Assembly (NCBI RefSeq): GCF_000175255.2
Contig: NC_017262.1
Span: forward strand, 120,001-152,000
Direction: 5' to 3'
Length of the DNA: 32,000 bases
DNA from: Zymomonas mobilis subsp. mobilis ATCC 10988
Lineage (GTDB): Bacteria; Pseudomonadota; Alphaproteobacteria; Sphingomonadales; Sphingomonadaceae
In this document: positions 14,390-23,899 of the stretch, piece after piece
Numbering within the stretch: position 1 is the first letter of the stretch
Layout: each line of letters opens with the position of its first letter
Notes under the pieces: generated by a model
Seen by the model: only the letters and a program-made list of their open reading frames with translations
Databases searched by the model: none
Told to the model about the DNA's origin: nothing
Translations under genes and position numbers: made by a program

Positions 14390-14603
14390 TTTTTCCTTAA
14401 AAAATATCTCTTTATGCGCCAAATCACATGTAATTTATTCTGCAATATTATATTTTTCTTGCAGAATGGCTCATATCGTGATTGTTGCAAGAACAGCAGA
14501 GGGTCATAATCCCTTTTTTGCTTTCGGTTCATTTGCGGGAAATATTATTTTTTAGCTCTTTTTTGCAAAGAACCTTTTTTTTATCGATAAAACGGAGATC
14601 GTT

Positions 14604-16562
14604 ATGAGTAACGATACTTCCCCGGGGACATCATCTGTGGATAGCAAATCTTCAGATCCCTCTTATGGGGTTCCCGGACATAGTCATAGCGACAAAGATC
14701 TATTGAAATTGTCGCTAGGGGCAATCGGTATTGTTTTTGGTGATATCGGTACCAGCCCTCTCTATGCACTGAAAGAATGTTTCAAAGGTCATCACCAACT
14801 TCCGGTGGATGATTTTCATATATATGGCTTGGTCAGCCTCATCTTCTGGACGATGGGGTTGGTCGTTACGGTCAAATATGTGATGTTTATTATGAAGGCC
14901 GATAATAAGGGCGAGGGCGGCAGTATGTCGTTGCTATCTCTTATTATCCGCGGAGCCAATCCGAAACTCAGCCGATGGCTGATTGTGCTCGGGGTGTTTG
15001 CTACGGCGCTTTTCTACGGCGACAGCATGATTACCCCTGCGATGTCGGTGCTTTCTGCGGTCGAAGGTCTAACGGTTATCGAACCCTCTTTTGACAGTTG
15101 GGTGCCACCGGTTTCCGTGGTTATTCTCATCGGCCTGTTTTGTATTCAGGCGAGGGGAACGGAATCAGTGGGTCGGCTTTTCGGGCCCATTATGCTGGTT
15201 TATTTTGCGACATTGGCCATTTTGGGTGCCTTTAACATCATCACCCGCAGCCCAGCCATCCTTCTCGCACTTAATCCCTATTATGCCATTCATTTCTTTG
15301 TATCTGATCCGTTGCAGGGCTTTTGGGCATTGGGATCGGTTGTGCTTTCAGTAACAGGTGCCGAGGCGCTTTATGCTGATATGGGGCATTTTGGACGGCA
15401 ACCGATTTCTCTTGGTTGGTATTGGGTGGTTTTTCCGGCTTTAACGCTGAATTATCTCGGACAATGCGCGCTTCTTAGTGCTGACCACGAAGCCATCGCC
15501 AATCCCTTCTATTTTCTGGCACCGGATTTCTTGCGTGTGCCGTTGATTATTCTCGCAACCTTTGCGGCGGTTATTGCCAGTCAGGCGGTTATCACCGGAG
15601 CCTTCTCGGTTACGCAACAGGCCATTCAGCTCGGTTATATCCCGCGTTTGCGCGTGAACCATACCAGCGCCAGCACTGTCGGGCAGATTTACATCCCTTC
15701 GGTTAATTGGGTCTTGATGTTTATGGTCATGGTGCTGATCGCCATGTTCAAAAACTCGACTAATCTAGCGAATGCTTACGGTATCGCTGTGACCGGTACG
15801 ATGTTTATCACTTCCTGTATGATGGGGGTTCTGGTTCATCGGGTTTGGCATTGGAAGGCATGGCAATCCATTCCTTTGGTTTCCTTCTTCCTTTTGATCG
15901 ACGGCGCTTTCTTCCTGTCCAACGTGACAAAGATTCCTGAAGGCGGTTGGTTCCCGCTTTTGGTCGGCTTCGTTGTTTTCACGATGCTGATGACTTGGTC
16001 ACGCGGTCGCCATTTAATGGCGGAAAGAATGCGGCAGGTCGCCATGCCGATCCAGCTTTTCATCCGCTCGGCAGCGGCTTCGGCTGTCCGTATTCCGGGA
16101 ACGGCTATCTTCCTCACGCCAGAAGATGATGGCGTGCCTCATGCGCTGCTTCACAATCTCAAACACAACAAGATTCTTCACGAAAGAGTTATTCTTCTGA
16201 CCGTGAAAATCGAAGATGTGCCTTATGTGGATCCGCATTATCGCGCCAGCATGAGCAGCCTTGAAGATGGCTTCTATCGCCTGATCGTGCGTTACGGCTT
16301 TATGGAAGAACCTGACGTGCCTTTGGCACTCAATAAAATCGAACAGTCGGGGCCCATGCTCCGAATGGACGATACCAGCTTCTTTATCTCTCGTCAGACA
16401 CTTATCCCGTCAACCCATACCAGTATGGCAATTTGGCGCGAAAAGCTGTTTGCATGGATGCTACGTAACTCTGAAAGTGCAACAGAGTTCTTTAAACTGC
16501 CTAGCAACCGCGTGGTTGAATTGGGTAGCCAGATCGAACTCGTCGGCAGTAACGGAAAATAG
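14604..16562 (+). CDS. kup: KUP/HAK/KT potassium uptake transporter
   Basis: 652 aa with [15 protein letters not shown]-type signature ([15 protein letters not shown]), ~12 TM segments and a cytoplasmic C-terminal domain. GGAG SD upstream. Confidence 0.95.
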   Translation: MSNDTSPGTSSVDSKSSDPSYGVPGHSHSDKDLLKLSLGAIGIVFGDIGTSPLYALKECFKGHHQLPVDDFHIYGLVSLIFWTMGLVVTVKYVMFIMKADNKGEGGSMSLLSLIIRGANPKLSRWLIVLGVFATALFYGDSMITPAMSVLSAVEGLTVIEPSFDSWVPPVSVVILIGLFCIQARGTESVGRLFGPIMLVYFATLAILGAFNIITRSPAILLALNPYYAIHFFVSDPLQGFWALGSVVLSVTGAEALYADMGHFGRQPISLGWYWVVFPALTLNYLGQCALLSADHEAIANPFYFLAPDFLRVPLIILATFAAVIASQAVITGAFSVTQQAIQLGYIPRLRVNHTSASTVGQIYIPSVNWVLMFMVMVLIAMFKNSTNLANAYGIAVTGTMFITSCMMGVLVHRVWHWKAWQSIPLVSFFLLIDGAFFLSNVTKIPEGGWFPLLVGFVVFTMLMTWSRGRHLMAERMRQVAMPIQLFIRSAAASAVRIPGTAIFLTPEDDGVPHALLHNLKHNKILHERVILLTVKIEDVPYVDPHYRASMSSLEDGFYRLIVRYGFMEEPDVPLALNKIEQSGPMLRMDDTSFFISRQTLIPSTHTSMAIWREKLFAWMLRNSESATEFFKLPSNRVVELGSQIELVGSNGK

Positions 16563-16672
16563 GGCAGGGGAAAGATGGGATAAAAAGAATGGTTGTTCTT
16601 CTATCCTATCGGAAGACAGCCTCTTCCACTCAGGATTGAGGCCTTCTTCTTTAACCTTTCCCTCCTAAAAAA

Positions 16673-16708
16673 ACGCTGTTCCGATTATTCGGAGCAGCGT
16701 TTTTCTTT
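16673..16708 (+). terminator. rho-independent terminator of kup
   Basis: 11-bp stem ACGCTGTTCCG / CGGAGCAGCGT (one G.U), 6-nt loop, then TTTTCTTT. Confidence 0.85.
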
Positions 16709-17195
16709 GTCCTGCTATCACCCTATCGCAGAGGCTACAGACGATAATCACGGTTTCTATCGTAAGCGTTTTTATATCTCAAACTAGCCCATCACGTCCT
16801 TAAGAAGGGCTTCTCCTAGTCCGTACCTCTTGCGGCTCAAATTCATCCATCTAGCTGCATGGAGGAAAAGACCTATCCCACTAGAGACCAATCTCCGTGC
16901 AAAAATTCACGGCTTCTTTTCTGGCCAAGGAAATCAAAATCCTTATCCAAATCACCAGATAGTGGCCATCATTTCTCTTTCGGGTATTTTCGGGCTAGTT
17001 TTTACCCTTGTTTGTCTCAAAAGGCTCTCTTTAAAAGCCAATCAAAAGATATTGGGCTTTTCTTCGCTCATAGCTCAAAATAGCTTTTTCATCCAAAAGC
17101 CGGATAAAGCAGGCCTTCATTCTCGCGCTAAGAATCCCAAACTCGATTTTTCTTAAAAAAAACAAACAGAAATAACAAAATACCGAAAAAAACAG

Positions 17196-17224
17196 TTGAC
17201 CAAATACCTGCCTTTCTCTTATAC
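17196..17224 (+). promoter_or_regulatory. candidate sigma70 promoter of tRNA-Met
   Basis: TTGACC (17196-17201), 17 nt, TTATAC (17219-17224), about 40 nt upstream of the tRNA. Confidence 0.55.
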
Positions 17225-17266
17225 GCACGCCTCGTCAGCTAATAAATTTTGCGACGCAAAATGAAT

Positions 17267-17343
17267 GGCGGAGTAGCTCAGCTGGTTAGAGCAGCGGAAT
17301 CATAATCCGCGTGTCGGGGGTTCAAGTCCCTCCTCCGCTACCA
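17267..17343 (+). tRNA. tRNA with CAT anticodon (elongator Met, or Ile2 if lysidine-modified; not initiator)
   Basis: Cloverleaf: acceptor GGCGGAG/CTCCGCT (G1.U72 wobble), D arm GCTC..GAGC, anticodon stem GCGGA/TCCGC with loop ATCATAA, T arm GGGGG-TTCAAGT-CCCTC, and an encoded CCA. It lacks the initiator features (C1xA72 mismatch and three G-C pairs at the anticodon stem base). Confidence 0.9.
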
Positions 17344-17480
17344 TCCTTAAAATTAAATCTTCCCAAAAAATAAATGGCTCATTCCAGATTATTTCTGCGC
17401 CATTTTATCCGCCTCCCCATAACAAATGGACGCCTTAATTCCTTAGCGCTTATGGCGGTATCATCGCTATAACACCGCCA

Positions 17481-17516
17481 TAAAAACAAAAACCGCTCAA
17501 TTTTAATCTAATTGAG
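17481..17516 (-). terminator. possible terminator of the nitrilase gene
   Basis: Minus strand: an AT-rich stem CTCAATT/AATTGAG spans the stop codon, followed by CGGTTTTTGTTTTT. Confidence 0.4.
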
Positions 17517-18501
17517 AGATCTCACTATCGGAGACAGGCTTCTTCTCTGTTGCCGGATCGCGGGAAAATTGATCTGTAATGACTTGATGTGATTGGCGAT
17601 CGACCTTGATTTCAAAAATATCGGGCCGCCCATAATGACCTGATACATCCAAATCATAGCGCGCCTTGATCGTGTCTGATAAATCAATATCTGCTACCAG
17701 AACACCTTCCTGACCATAGAGGGGGCCCGCCAAAATATTGCCCATCGGGTCGATGATGACACTTCCGCCCGCAATCAGTTCTGTTTCTGGATCATTGCCC
17801 TGTATGCAATCATAGTCTGCGGGCGCATCTGCTCGCGTCATATATTGGCAGGCACTCAAAACAAATAATCGACCTTCATAAGCAATATGGCGCATAGATA
17901 CCTGCCATATCTCCCGCTGATCGACTGTTGGCGCACACCAAATATTGACACCGCCCGCATACATAACCTGACGCAGCGCAGGCATATAATTTTCCCAGCA
18001 GATAGCCGCGCCCAATTTTCCAACGGCCGTATCCAAAATTTCTATGGTTGACCCATCACCTTGCCCCCATACCAGCCGTTCAGTCGCTGTAGGCATCAAT
18101 TTGCGATGTTTGCCTATCAATGTCCCGTCGGGGGCAAAAAACAAAGCGGTGCAATAAAGCGTCGCTTCCGAACGCTCGATTACACCCACCACTAAATAGG
18201 CTTTCATTTTGGCAGCAAAGCTACCTATGCGAGCCGTTTCTTTTCCGGGGACATCAATAGCCGCTTTCCAATAACGCAAGAAATCTTCTCGTCCGGCTTC
18301 TGTCCGTGTGCCCATTCTCGCGCCAAAGTCTAACCCTTTGGGGTATCCTCCAATATAGGCTTCAGGAAAAACGGCCAACTCAACATTCTGCTCTGCGGCC
18401 TGACAGCAAAGCGCTTCCATTCGATCCAATGTTTTTTCAGTATCAAACAGGCTGGTTCCAGCTTGGATAACTGCTACGCGATGACAACTCATTCTATTCA
18501 T
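17503..18501 (-). CDS. nitrilase (CN-hydrolase superfamily, branch 1)
   Basis: 332 aa with catalytic-triad contexts FPEAYIGGYP (Glu), HRKLMPT (Lys) and AAICWENYMP (Cys-Trp-Glu). Confidence 0.9.
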   Translation of the reverse strand: MNRMSCHRVAVIQAGTSLFDTEKTLDRMEALCCQAAEQNVELAVFPEAYIGGYPKGLDFGARMGTRTEAGREDFLRYWKAAIDVPGKETARIGSFAAKMKAYLVVGVIERSEATLYCTALFFAPDGTLIGKHRKLMPTATERLVWGQGDGSTIEILDTAVGKLGAAICWENYMPALRQVMYAGGVNIWCAPTVDQREIWQVSMRHIAYEGRLFVLSACQYMTRADAPADYDCIQGNDPETELIAGGSVIIDPMGNILAGPLYGQEGVLVADIDLSDTIKARYDLDVSGHYGRPDIFEIKVDRQSHQVITDQFSRDPATEKKPVSDSEISQLD

Positions 18502-18537
18502 CTCCTTAATAAGCTGTCGGAAATATTGCGCTTGGCC

Positions 18538-18566
18538 ATCATATCATTCAAATCGAATGATATGAT
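18538..18566. promoter_or_regulatory. perfect 12-bp inverted repeat (candidate LysR operator) in the nitrilase/LysR divergent region
   Basis: ATCATATCATTC (18538-18549), AAATC, GAATGATATGAT (18555-18566). The right arm contains the LysR ATG (18562-18564). Confidence 0.5.
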
Positions 18567-19512
18567 TCGTAAAATCAATATAAGTGATATTACCCGCTTT
18601 GATTTTAATCTGGTGATTACCTTCTTGGCCTTGTGGCATGAAAGAAGCGTAACCAAAGCGGCGGCCCGTCTTTCGCTAAGCCAATCCGCTGTCAGTGCCT
18701 CTTTAAGCCGCCTCCGGCAGGCTGCGGATGACCTGCTTTTCATCCGAACTCGCCAAGGCATGGAACCGACACAACGTGCCATAGATATGGTTGAATCTCT
18801 ATCCGAAGGCGCAACTCTTATTTACAACGCCTTTATTTCTGAAAATGAATTCGACCCAGCCCGATGTAACAGGCATTTTTCAATCGGAATGTCCGATGAT
18901 TTCCAATTAGCTCTGGGATCAGAAATATCGAAACAAATACAGGCTATCGCCCCAGATGCCTCGGTCGTCTATCGGCAAACAAACCGCTACACAGCGCAAC
19001 AGATGCTCGAAAATAATGATATTGATCTGGCTATTGTTACAGCTTCGCTGCCTCGTCGGGGATTATGGCAACAAGTCATCGGAGAAGGCGGTTACGCTTG
19101 TCTATGCGATGCCCAAAGCTGCGGTTTTTCTGAAAATCCGACATTGGAGGCGTATCTTTCACTGCCGCATATCTTGGTTTCTTATTCAGGCAGGGAAGGG
19201 CTGGTTGATGAAATATTATCAATAATGGGACGGTCTCGAAAAATTCAGACGGCTCTGACTCATTTCGCGGCACTTCCACCTTTTCTGCTTGGGTCAAAAA
19301 GCATCGCGACTATTCCAAGCCATGCCGCTATCAGCCTTGCTGGATATACCGGATTAACGATATTTGAGGCACCTTTGGAATTAACAGCCTACCCCATCAT
19401 CGCAACGATGCGCTTATCCTCACAAAAAGACACCGCCCTTTTATGGCTGTTTCAAATTATAAAACAGGCCATCAGGGTTCAACAGAATATCTTACCGCCA
19501 CCACAATCTTAA
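18562..19512 (+). CDS. LysR-family transcriptional regulator
   Basis: ATG 18562 gives MIRKINISDITRFDFNLVITFLALWHERSVTKAAARLSLSQSAVSASLSRLR, a canonical LTTR wHTH at the normal distance from the N-terminus. The ORF-track start at 18463 would overlap the nitrilase start. It is divergent from the nitrilase. Confidence 0.85.
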   Translation: MIRKINISDITRFDFNLVITFLALWHERSVTKAAARLSLSQSAVSASLSRLRQAADDLLFIRTRQGMEPTQRAIDMVESLSEGATLIYNAFISENEFDPARCNRHFSIGMSDDFQLALGSEISKQIQAIAPDASVVYRQTNRYTAQQMLENNDIDLAIVTASLPRRGLWQQVIGEGGYACLCDAQSCGFSENPTLEAYLSLPHILVSYSGREGLVDEILSIMGRSRKIQTALTHFAALPPFLLGSKSIATIPSHAAISLAGYTGLTIFEAPLELTAYPIIATMRLSSQKDTALLWLFQIIKQAIRVQQNILPPPQS

Positions 19513-19675
19513 GGCTTTTTCTGGTATATTGACTGATATTTTTGACCCGACAGCTTCACATTACCCAAGATATTCATCTGTCATCCCTATCTTTTTGATG
19601 GCAGATATCAAAGTCTGACTATTCTTATACTTTTGGTGATCTCGGATAAGAATGAAACAACGAGGGTGGCGAAAT

Positions 19676-19860
19676 TTATTTACGTCAATCATGATATATA
19701 ATAAAATAAAAAAACTATAAATAATTACAATATTTTACATTTCTTTTGTAAAATTTTATTTATTTTTCATTTTTTAAAAAATAAGTTTAATTTGAAAGGC
19801 TATAAAAAATTTACAGCAAAAAAATTATCTTAAAATAAGGAAGGAAAAGGGCAGTTTAAA
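19676..19860. other. extreme A+T tract
   Basis: By hand count there are 8 G/C in the 100 nt at 19691-19790. It contains the inverted repeat TTTTACA-N7-TGTAAAA (19732-19752). Confidence 0.9.
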
Positions 19861-20001
19861 AAAAGGCATTAAGAACAATCTGTTACCTTTTTTTCGGCTA
19901 ATTATATCTATCAGGGTGCATAGCCATTTTTCTGTAACCCTATTAAGATACAGAGCAACTAATCATCCCTTAAATCATTTTTTTAAAAAAAGGGTGGAAA
20001 C

Positions 20002-20319
20002 ATGAATCTGATACAAAAGCTTTTATATTTCTTAGGCTGGAAAACAAAAAAACATACGGAGACAGAGCCTGCTACCCATCATCCGATTATTCCGCATGAC
20101 GTGAATTGCTACAGTTCTGATTTCCCGCCTGCATTGATGCAAAATTTTACCTTGCTTGAAGAGGCATGGGAAAAAGGCCTGCTAACGGAAGATGAATTTC
20201 TGCTTGCAGAAGACAAGGCCGTGCGCCTTTATCAGGATATTACGAAAACCAGCGAATATTTTTACGAGACCTATCGCTTGGCGATCCAGCGCGTTGGCAA
20301 TCTTCCTGTTGAAGAATAG
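20002..20319 (+). CDS. hypothetical protein with SHOCT-like segment
   Basis: 105 aa with a good SD, GGGTGGA, 5 nt upstream. LLEEAWEKGLLTEDEFLLAEDKAV resembles the SHOCT short C-terminal domain pattern (L..L...G.it..EF...K). There is no other recognisable domain. Confidence 0.55.
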   Translation: MNLIQKLLYFLGWKTKKHTETEPATHHPIIPHDVNCYSSDFPPALMQNFTLLEEAWEKGLLTEDEFLLAEDKAVRLYQDITKTSEYFYETYRLAIQRVGNLPVEE

Positions 20320-20394
20320 TAAACCCCAAAAATGGATTGGCCTCCCTTTTTTAAAAAGGTAAAATAGGCCAGCTTGGCAATCAGGAAATCGAAA

Positions 20395-20568
20395 TTGGCC
20401 AATAACGTAATAACAGACCAAACATCGCATCAAAACAATATCACAGAACAACCAGACCCTTTTGATCCGGCACCGCATCGGGATGTTTCTTTCTCGACTA
20501 TCCTGCTCTTTTGTCTGGCATTGGGGGTGGTCATTTTCAATTTTGCTGCCAACCGCCTAAAAAAATAG
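20395..20568 (+). CDS. hypothetical small tail-anchored membrane protein
   Basis: The ORF has no ATG. TTG 20395 is preceded by AGGA (20383-20386). The C-terminal hydrophobic segment is FSTILLFCLALGVVIFNFAA, followed by NRLKK. The evidence is weak. Confidence 0.3.
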   Translation: MANNVITDQTSHQNNITEQPDPFDPAPHRDVSFSTILLFCLALGVVIFNFAANRLKK

Positions 20569-20695
20569 CCCGACAAGACTATCCCCCTTCTTATAGGGGC
20601 TATGCCCATAAATTTTACAAAGTTTTTACGGGCATTATAATTCTTATCAGGTCTTCGCCCTCAATTGATAGAATAGCTCATCTTTTAAGAATTAC

Positions 20696-21427
20696 TCACC
20701 CTTTATGGGCATTATGTCTTGGTTTTTCCAAGGTTGAAAGCACGCCCCGCAATGTCCGTATCTCCATGCTATTCCATGATGGCTTTGTCAAAAGCGTCCG
20801 CAAAGTTCTTTTGATTGTCGGGATACGCGGTATCGGGAAAAAATAGCCATTTTTATCAAGCATATTTTCCAAATGCCCGATCATGGCTTCCAATTCTTCT
20901 TGGGGGGCCGGCGGTTCCATGTCCACTTTTGTCGGCTGGGCTAAAGTTTGCCCTTTTGACCATTCATAAGCCACAAGAATAACAGCCTGCGCTAAATTCA
21001 GACTTGAAAATTCGGGATTAACCGGAACCGTAATGATCGTTCTTGCCAAAGCGACATCATCCGTTTCCAATCCGGCTCTTTCGGGGCCAAACAGGATACC
21101 AACGCCACCTTCTTGCTCGTGAATAGTTTGCGCTGCCTGTTCAGGCGTCATCACCGGCTTGGTCACACCACGCTTGCGGACTGTTGTGGCATAGACATGC
21201 GCACAATCCGCCACAGCTTCTGCGACTGTCGGAAAAACGCGCGCTTGTTGTAATACGCGATCAGCCCCGCTCGCAGCAGGGCCCGCCGAAGGATTGGGCC
21301 ATCCATCACGGGGCGCAACAAGACGCAAATCATCCAGCCCAAAATTGAGCATAGCTCTTGCCGCTTTACCGATATTTTCGCCCAATTGCGGACGGACGAG
21401 GATAATAGCAGGTACAGCTTTACTCAT
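20696..21427 (-). CDS. trmJ: SpoU/TrmH-family RNA 2'-O-methyltransferase (TrmJ-like)
   Basis: 243 aa. [33 protein letters not shown] and [20 protein letters not shown] match the TrmJ/SpoU motifs. Its ATG overlaps the nrdR stop (ATGA). Confidence 0.8.
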
Positions 21428-21894
21428 TCTTTGACAGCTTCAATAACAGAACGGACAGATCGAGCGAAATCTTCGAAATCACGGGCTTCGGTAAAGTCCT
21501 TATAGACGCTGGCAAAACGAATATAAGCAACACTATCGAGCGTCCTCAATCCTTCCATCGTCATTTCACCAAGGCGAACAGCCGTAATCTCGCTTTCGCC
21601 CGAAGCCTCAATTTTCTGTTGGATAGAATTGACCAAAAGCTCGATCTGATCGGGCGATACAGGCCGCTTCCGGCATGCAATCGAGACCGAACGTATCAGC
21701 TTGCTCCGATCAAAAGGCTGGCGGTGGTCATCTTTTTTGATAACGACAATATCGCGCATATGGATACGCTCAAAAGTCGTAAATCGCGCACCGCATTCTT
21801 CACATTGCCGCCGCCGACGGATAGCCGTCCCATCTTCAGTGGGACGACTATCTTTCACTTGGCTATTTTCACAAGAACAAAAAGGACAGCGCAA
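21424..21894 (-). CDS. nrdR: transcriptional repressor NrdR
   Basis: Zinc ribbon (M/L)[16 protein letters not shown]...[12 protein letters not shown] followed by an ATP-cone. The conserved N-terminus begins at TTG 21894, 4 nt after the glyA stop. The ORF-track ATG at 21978 would add 28 non-conserved residues overlapping glyA. Confidence 0.9.
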
Positions 21895-21898
21895 GAGA

Positions 21899-23188
21899 TT
21901 ACAATTCCGGATAAAGTGGGAAGCGATCACAAAGCGCTTCGACACGCTGACGAACAGCGGTTTCAACCGCCGGATCACCTTGTTCGCCCTTGCTGCTCAA
22001 CGCATCAAGAACATCAGCAATCATATCAGCGACCTGAAGGAATTCCGCTTTACGGAAACCGCGGGTCGTCGCCGCAGGCGATCCCAGACGGATACCGGAG
22101 GTTTTAACTGGCGGTAACGGATCGAAAGGAATACCGTTTTTGTTGCAGGTGATACCGGCGCGTTCCAAAGCGCAATCAGCATCACGGCCAGTCACACCCA
22201 AAGGCCGAAGATCAACCAAAGCCAGATGCGTATCCGTGCCACCCGTTACGAGATCGCTACCGCGTTCTTTCAAGCGCGCTGCCAAGGCTTGAGCATTTTC
22301 GACAACAGCTTTTGCATATTCCTTGAAAGAAGGCTGCAAGGCCTCACCGAAAGCAACTGCTTTTGCCGCGATGACATGCATCAAGGGGCCACCCTGCATA
22401 CCAGGGAAGACAGCCGAATTGATTTTCTTTGCCAAAGCCGGATCATCAGTCAAGATCATACCACCGCGCGGGCCCCGCAAGGTCTTATGCGTCGTCGTGG
22501 TCGTGATATGCGCATGTGGCACAGGTGAAGGATGAACACCGCCAGCAACCAGACCCGCAAAATGCGCCATATCAACCATAAAGGTAGCTCCGACTTCATC
22601 GGCAACCTTACGGAAGAAGGCGAAATCGATATGACGGGGATAGGCTGAGCCACCCGCAATGATAACGCGCGGCTTGTTTTTCAAAGCCAGATCGCGCACC
22701 TGATCGTAATCGATCAACTGGGTTTCAGGATGCACCGCATACTGAACTGCATTGAACCATTTGCCAGACATGGCCGCCTTGGCACCATGGGTCAAATGCC
22801 CACCGGCATCCAAAGACAGACCCATAATGGTATCGCCGGGCTTCGCGACCGCTAAAAGAACGGCACCATTTGCCTGAGCGCCGGAATGCGGCTGAACATT
22901 GACGAATTCGCTGCCGAATAATTTCTTGGCGCGTTCGATAGCCAGCGTTTCGATTTCATCGGAAGGGGCGCAACCCTGATAATAGCGCTTACCGGGATAG
23001 CCTTCAGCATATTTATTGGTAAAGACAGAACCTTGCGCTTCTAGAACAGCACGGCTGACAATATTTTCAGAAGCGATAAGCTCGATCTGCTTGCGCTGGC
23101 GGTTCAATTCATGATTGATCGCTGTCAACACATCGGGATCAGCCGCAGCCAAGCGATCGGTAAAGAAAGATGCCGTTTCTTTAGTCAT
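21899..23188 (-). CDS. glyA: serine hydroxymethyltransferase
   Basis: 429 aa with the PLP-lysine motif [14 protein letters not shown] and [10 protein letters not shown] near the N-terminus. Confidence 0.97.
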   Translation of the reverse strand: MTKETASFFTDRLAAADPDVLTAINHELNRQRKQIELIASENIVSRAVLEAQGSVFTNKYAEGYPGKRYYQGCAPSDEIETLAIERAKKLFGSEFVNVQPHSGAQANGAVLLAVAKPGDTIMGLSLDAGGHLTHGAKAAMSGKWFNAVQYAVHPETQLIDYDQVRDLALKNKPRVIIAGGSAYPRHIDFAFFRKVADEVGATFMVDMAHFAGLVAGGVHPSPVPHAHITTTTTHKTLRGPRGGMILTDDPALAKKINSAVFPGMQGGPLMHVIAAKAVAFGEALQPSFKEYAKAVVENAQALAARLKERGSDLVTGGTDTHLALVDLRPLGVTGRDADCALERAGITCNKNGIPFDPLPPVKTSGIRLGSPAATTRGFRKAEFLQVADMIADVLDALSSKGEQGDPAVETAVRQRVEALCDRFPLYPEL

Positions 23189-23207
23189 AGAGGATTAAGC
23201 CCTTAAA

Positions 23208-23681
23208 CTAGATATTGAACTGAGGATTCGAAAGTTTATCGATGCGGCGAACATGACGTTCACCTCCAAACGGCGTTGCAAGGAAAGCTGAAATACAATC
23301 CTTAGCGGTTTCAATGCCGATCAATCTCGCACCCATAGCGATAACATTGGCATTGTTATGTTCTCTTGCCAAACGGGCGGTAAGGTTATCCGTAATCAAA
23401 GCGCAACGGGCAGCCGGATGGCGATTGACAGCGATCGAGATACCGATTCCCGAGCCACATAAAGCAATACCGAAATCAGCGGTTTTTTCCGCGATAGCGA
23501 CAGCCAACTTATAACCGTAATCGGGATAATCGACTGAATGGTTTTCATGAGGGCCAAGGTCTTCGACCTCATGACCAAGCTCTTTCAGCCAAGTAATCAA
23601 GGTTGATTTCAACTCAAATGCTGCGTGATCGGAAGCAATCACCAGCTTTTTTTTCGTATTTGATGGCACAGCAGAGGTCAC
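23208..23681 (-). CDS. rpiB: ribose-5-phosphate isomerase B
   Basis: 157 aa of the RpiB/LacAB family: KLVIASDHAAFELK and CGSGIGISIAVNR. The start is a GTG, with GGGGA upstream. A 19-nt gap separates it from glyA. Confidence 0.9.
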   Translation of the reverse strand: MTSAVPSNTKKKLVIASDHAAFELKSTLITWLKELGHEVEDLGPHENHSVDYPDYGYKLAVAIAEKTADFGIALCGSGIGISIAVNRHPAARCALITDNLTARLAREHNNANVIAMGARLIGIETAKDCISAFLATPFGGERHVRRIDKLSNPQFNI

Positions 23682-23825
23682 CTAAATTTTCCCCAAGTCA
23701 AACCTTGTCTGTTTTTTTATCCAGCAAGATAAAATTCCAGAAAGCAAGCCCTTTCAGGCCTTAAAGCGCCTTTGTTCTTAAGCATTTCAATCAGGAATGA
23801 AAACCATTTGCTATAATCAAAAGCA

Positions 23826-23865
23826 GAAAAAACCGACCTGAGAGCAAAAACAGGTCGGTTTTTAT
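23826..23865. terminator. bidirectional rho-independent terminator downstream of hemA
   Basis: AACCGACCTG (23831-23840) / CAGGTCGGTT (23851-23860) stem, flanked by an A-run on one side and a T-run on the other. Confidence 0.8.
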
Positions 23866-23899
23866 CATTATTTAACAAAAATTAAAATAAAATAATAAA

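Noticed and set aside
16830-17228. 108-aa, 74-aa and 65-aa ORFs between the kup terminator and tRNA-Met
   Set aside because: Non-ATG or SD-less starts, mutually overlapping, with no motif. The ~550-bp region stays unassigned; I saw no convincing RNA structure apart from the palindrome TTTTGCGACGCAAAA (17247-17261) in the tRNA leader.
19594-19612. TTTGAT-N7-ATCAAA dyad as an FNR/CRP-type box
   Set aside because: FNR/CRP sites have TTGAT-N4-ATCAA spacing, and this one has a 7-nt spacer. There is no clear downstream promoter.
17343-20690. tRNA-Met-anchored genomic island (nitrilase, LysR, AT tract, orphan ORFs)
   Set aside because: No integrase or recombinase gene. I could find no direct repeat of the tRNA 3' end (…GGTTCAAGTCCCTCCTCCGCTACCA) at the distal boundary. 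Only composition and gene content hint at acquisition.
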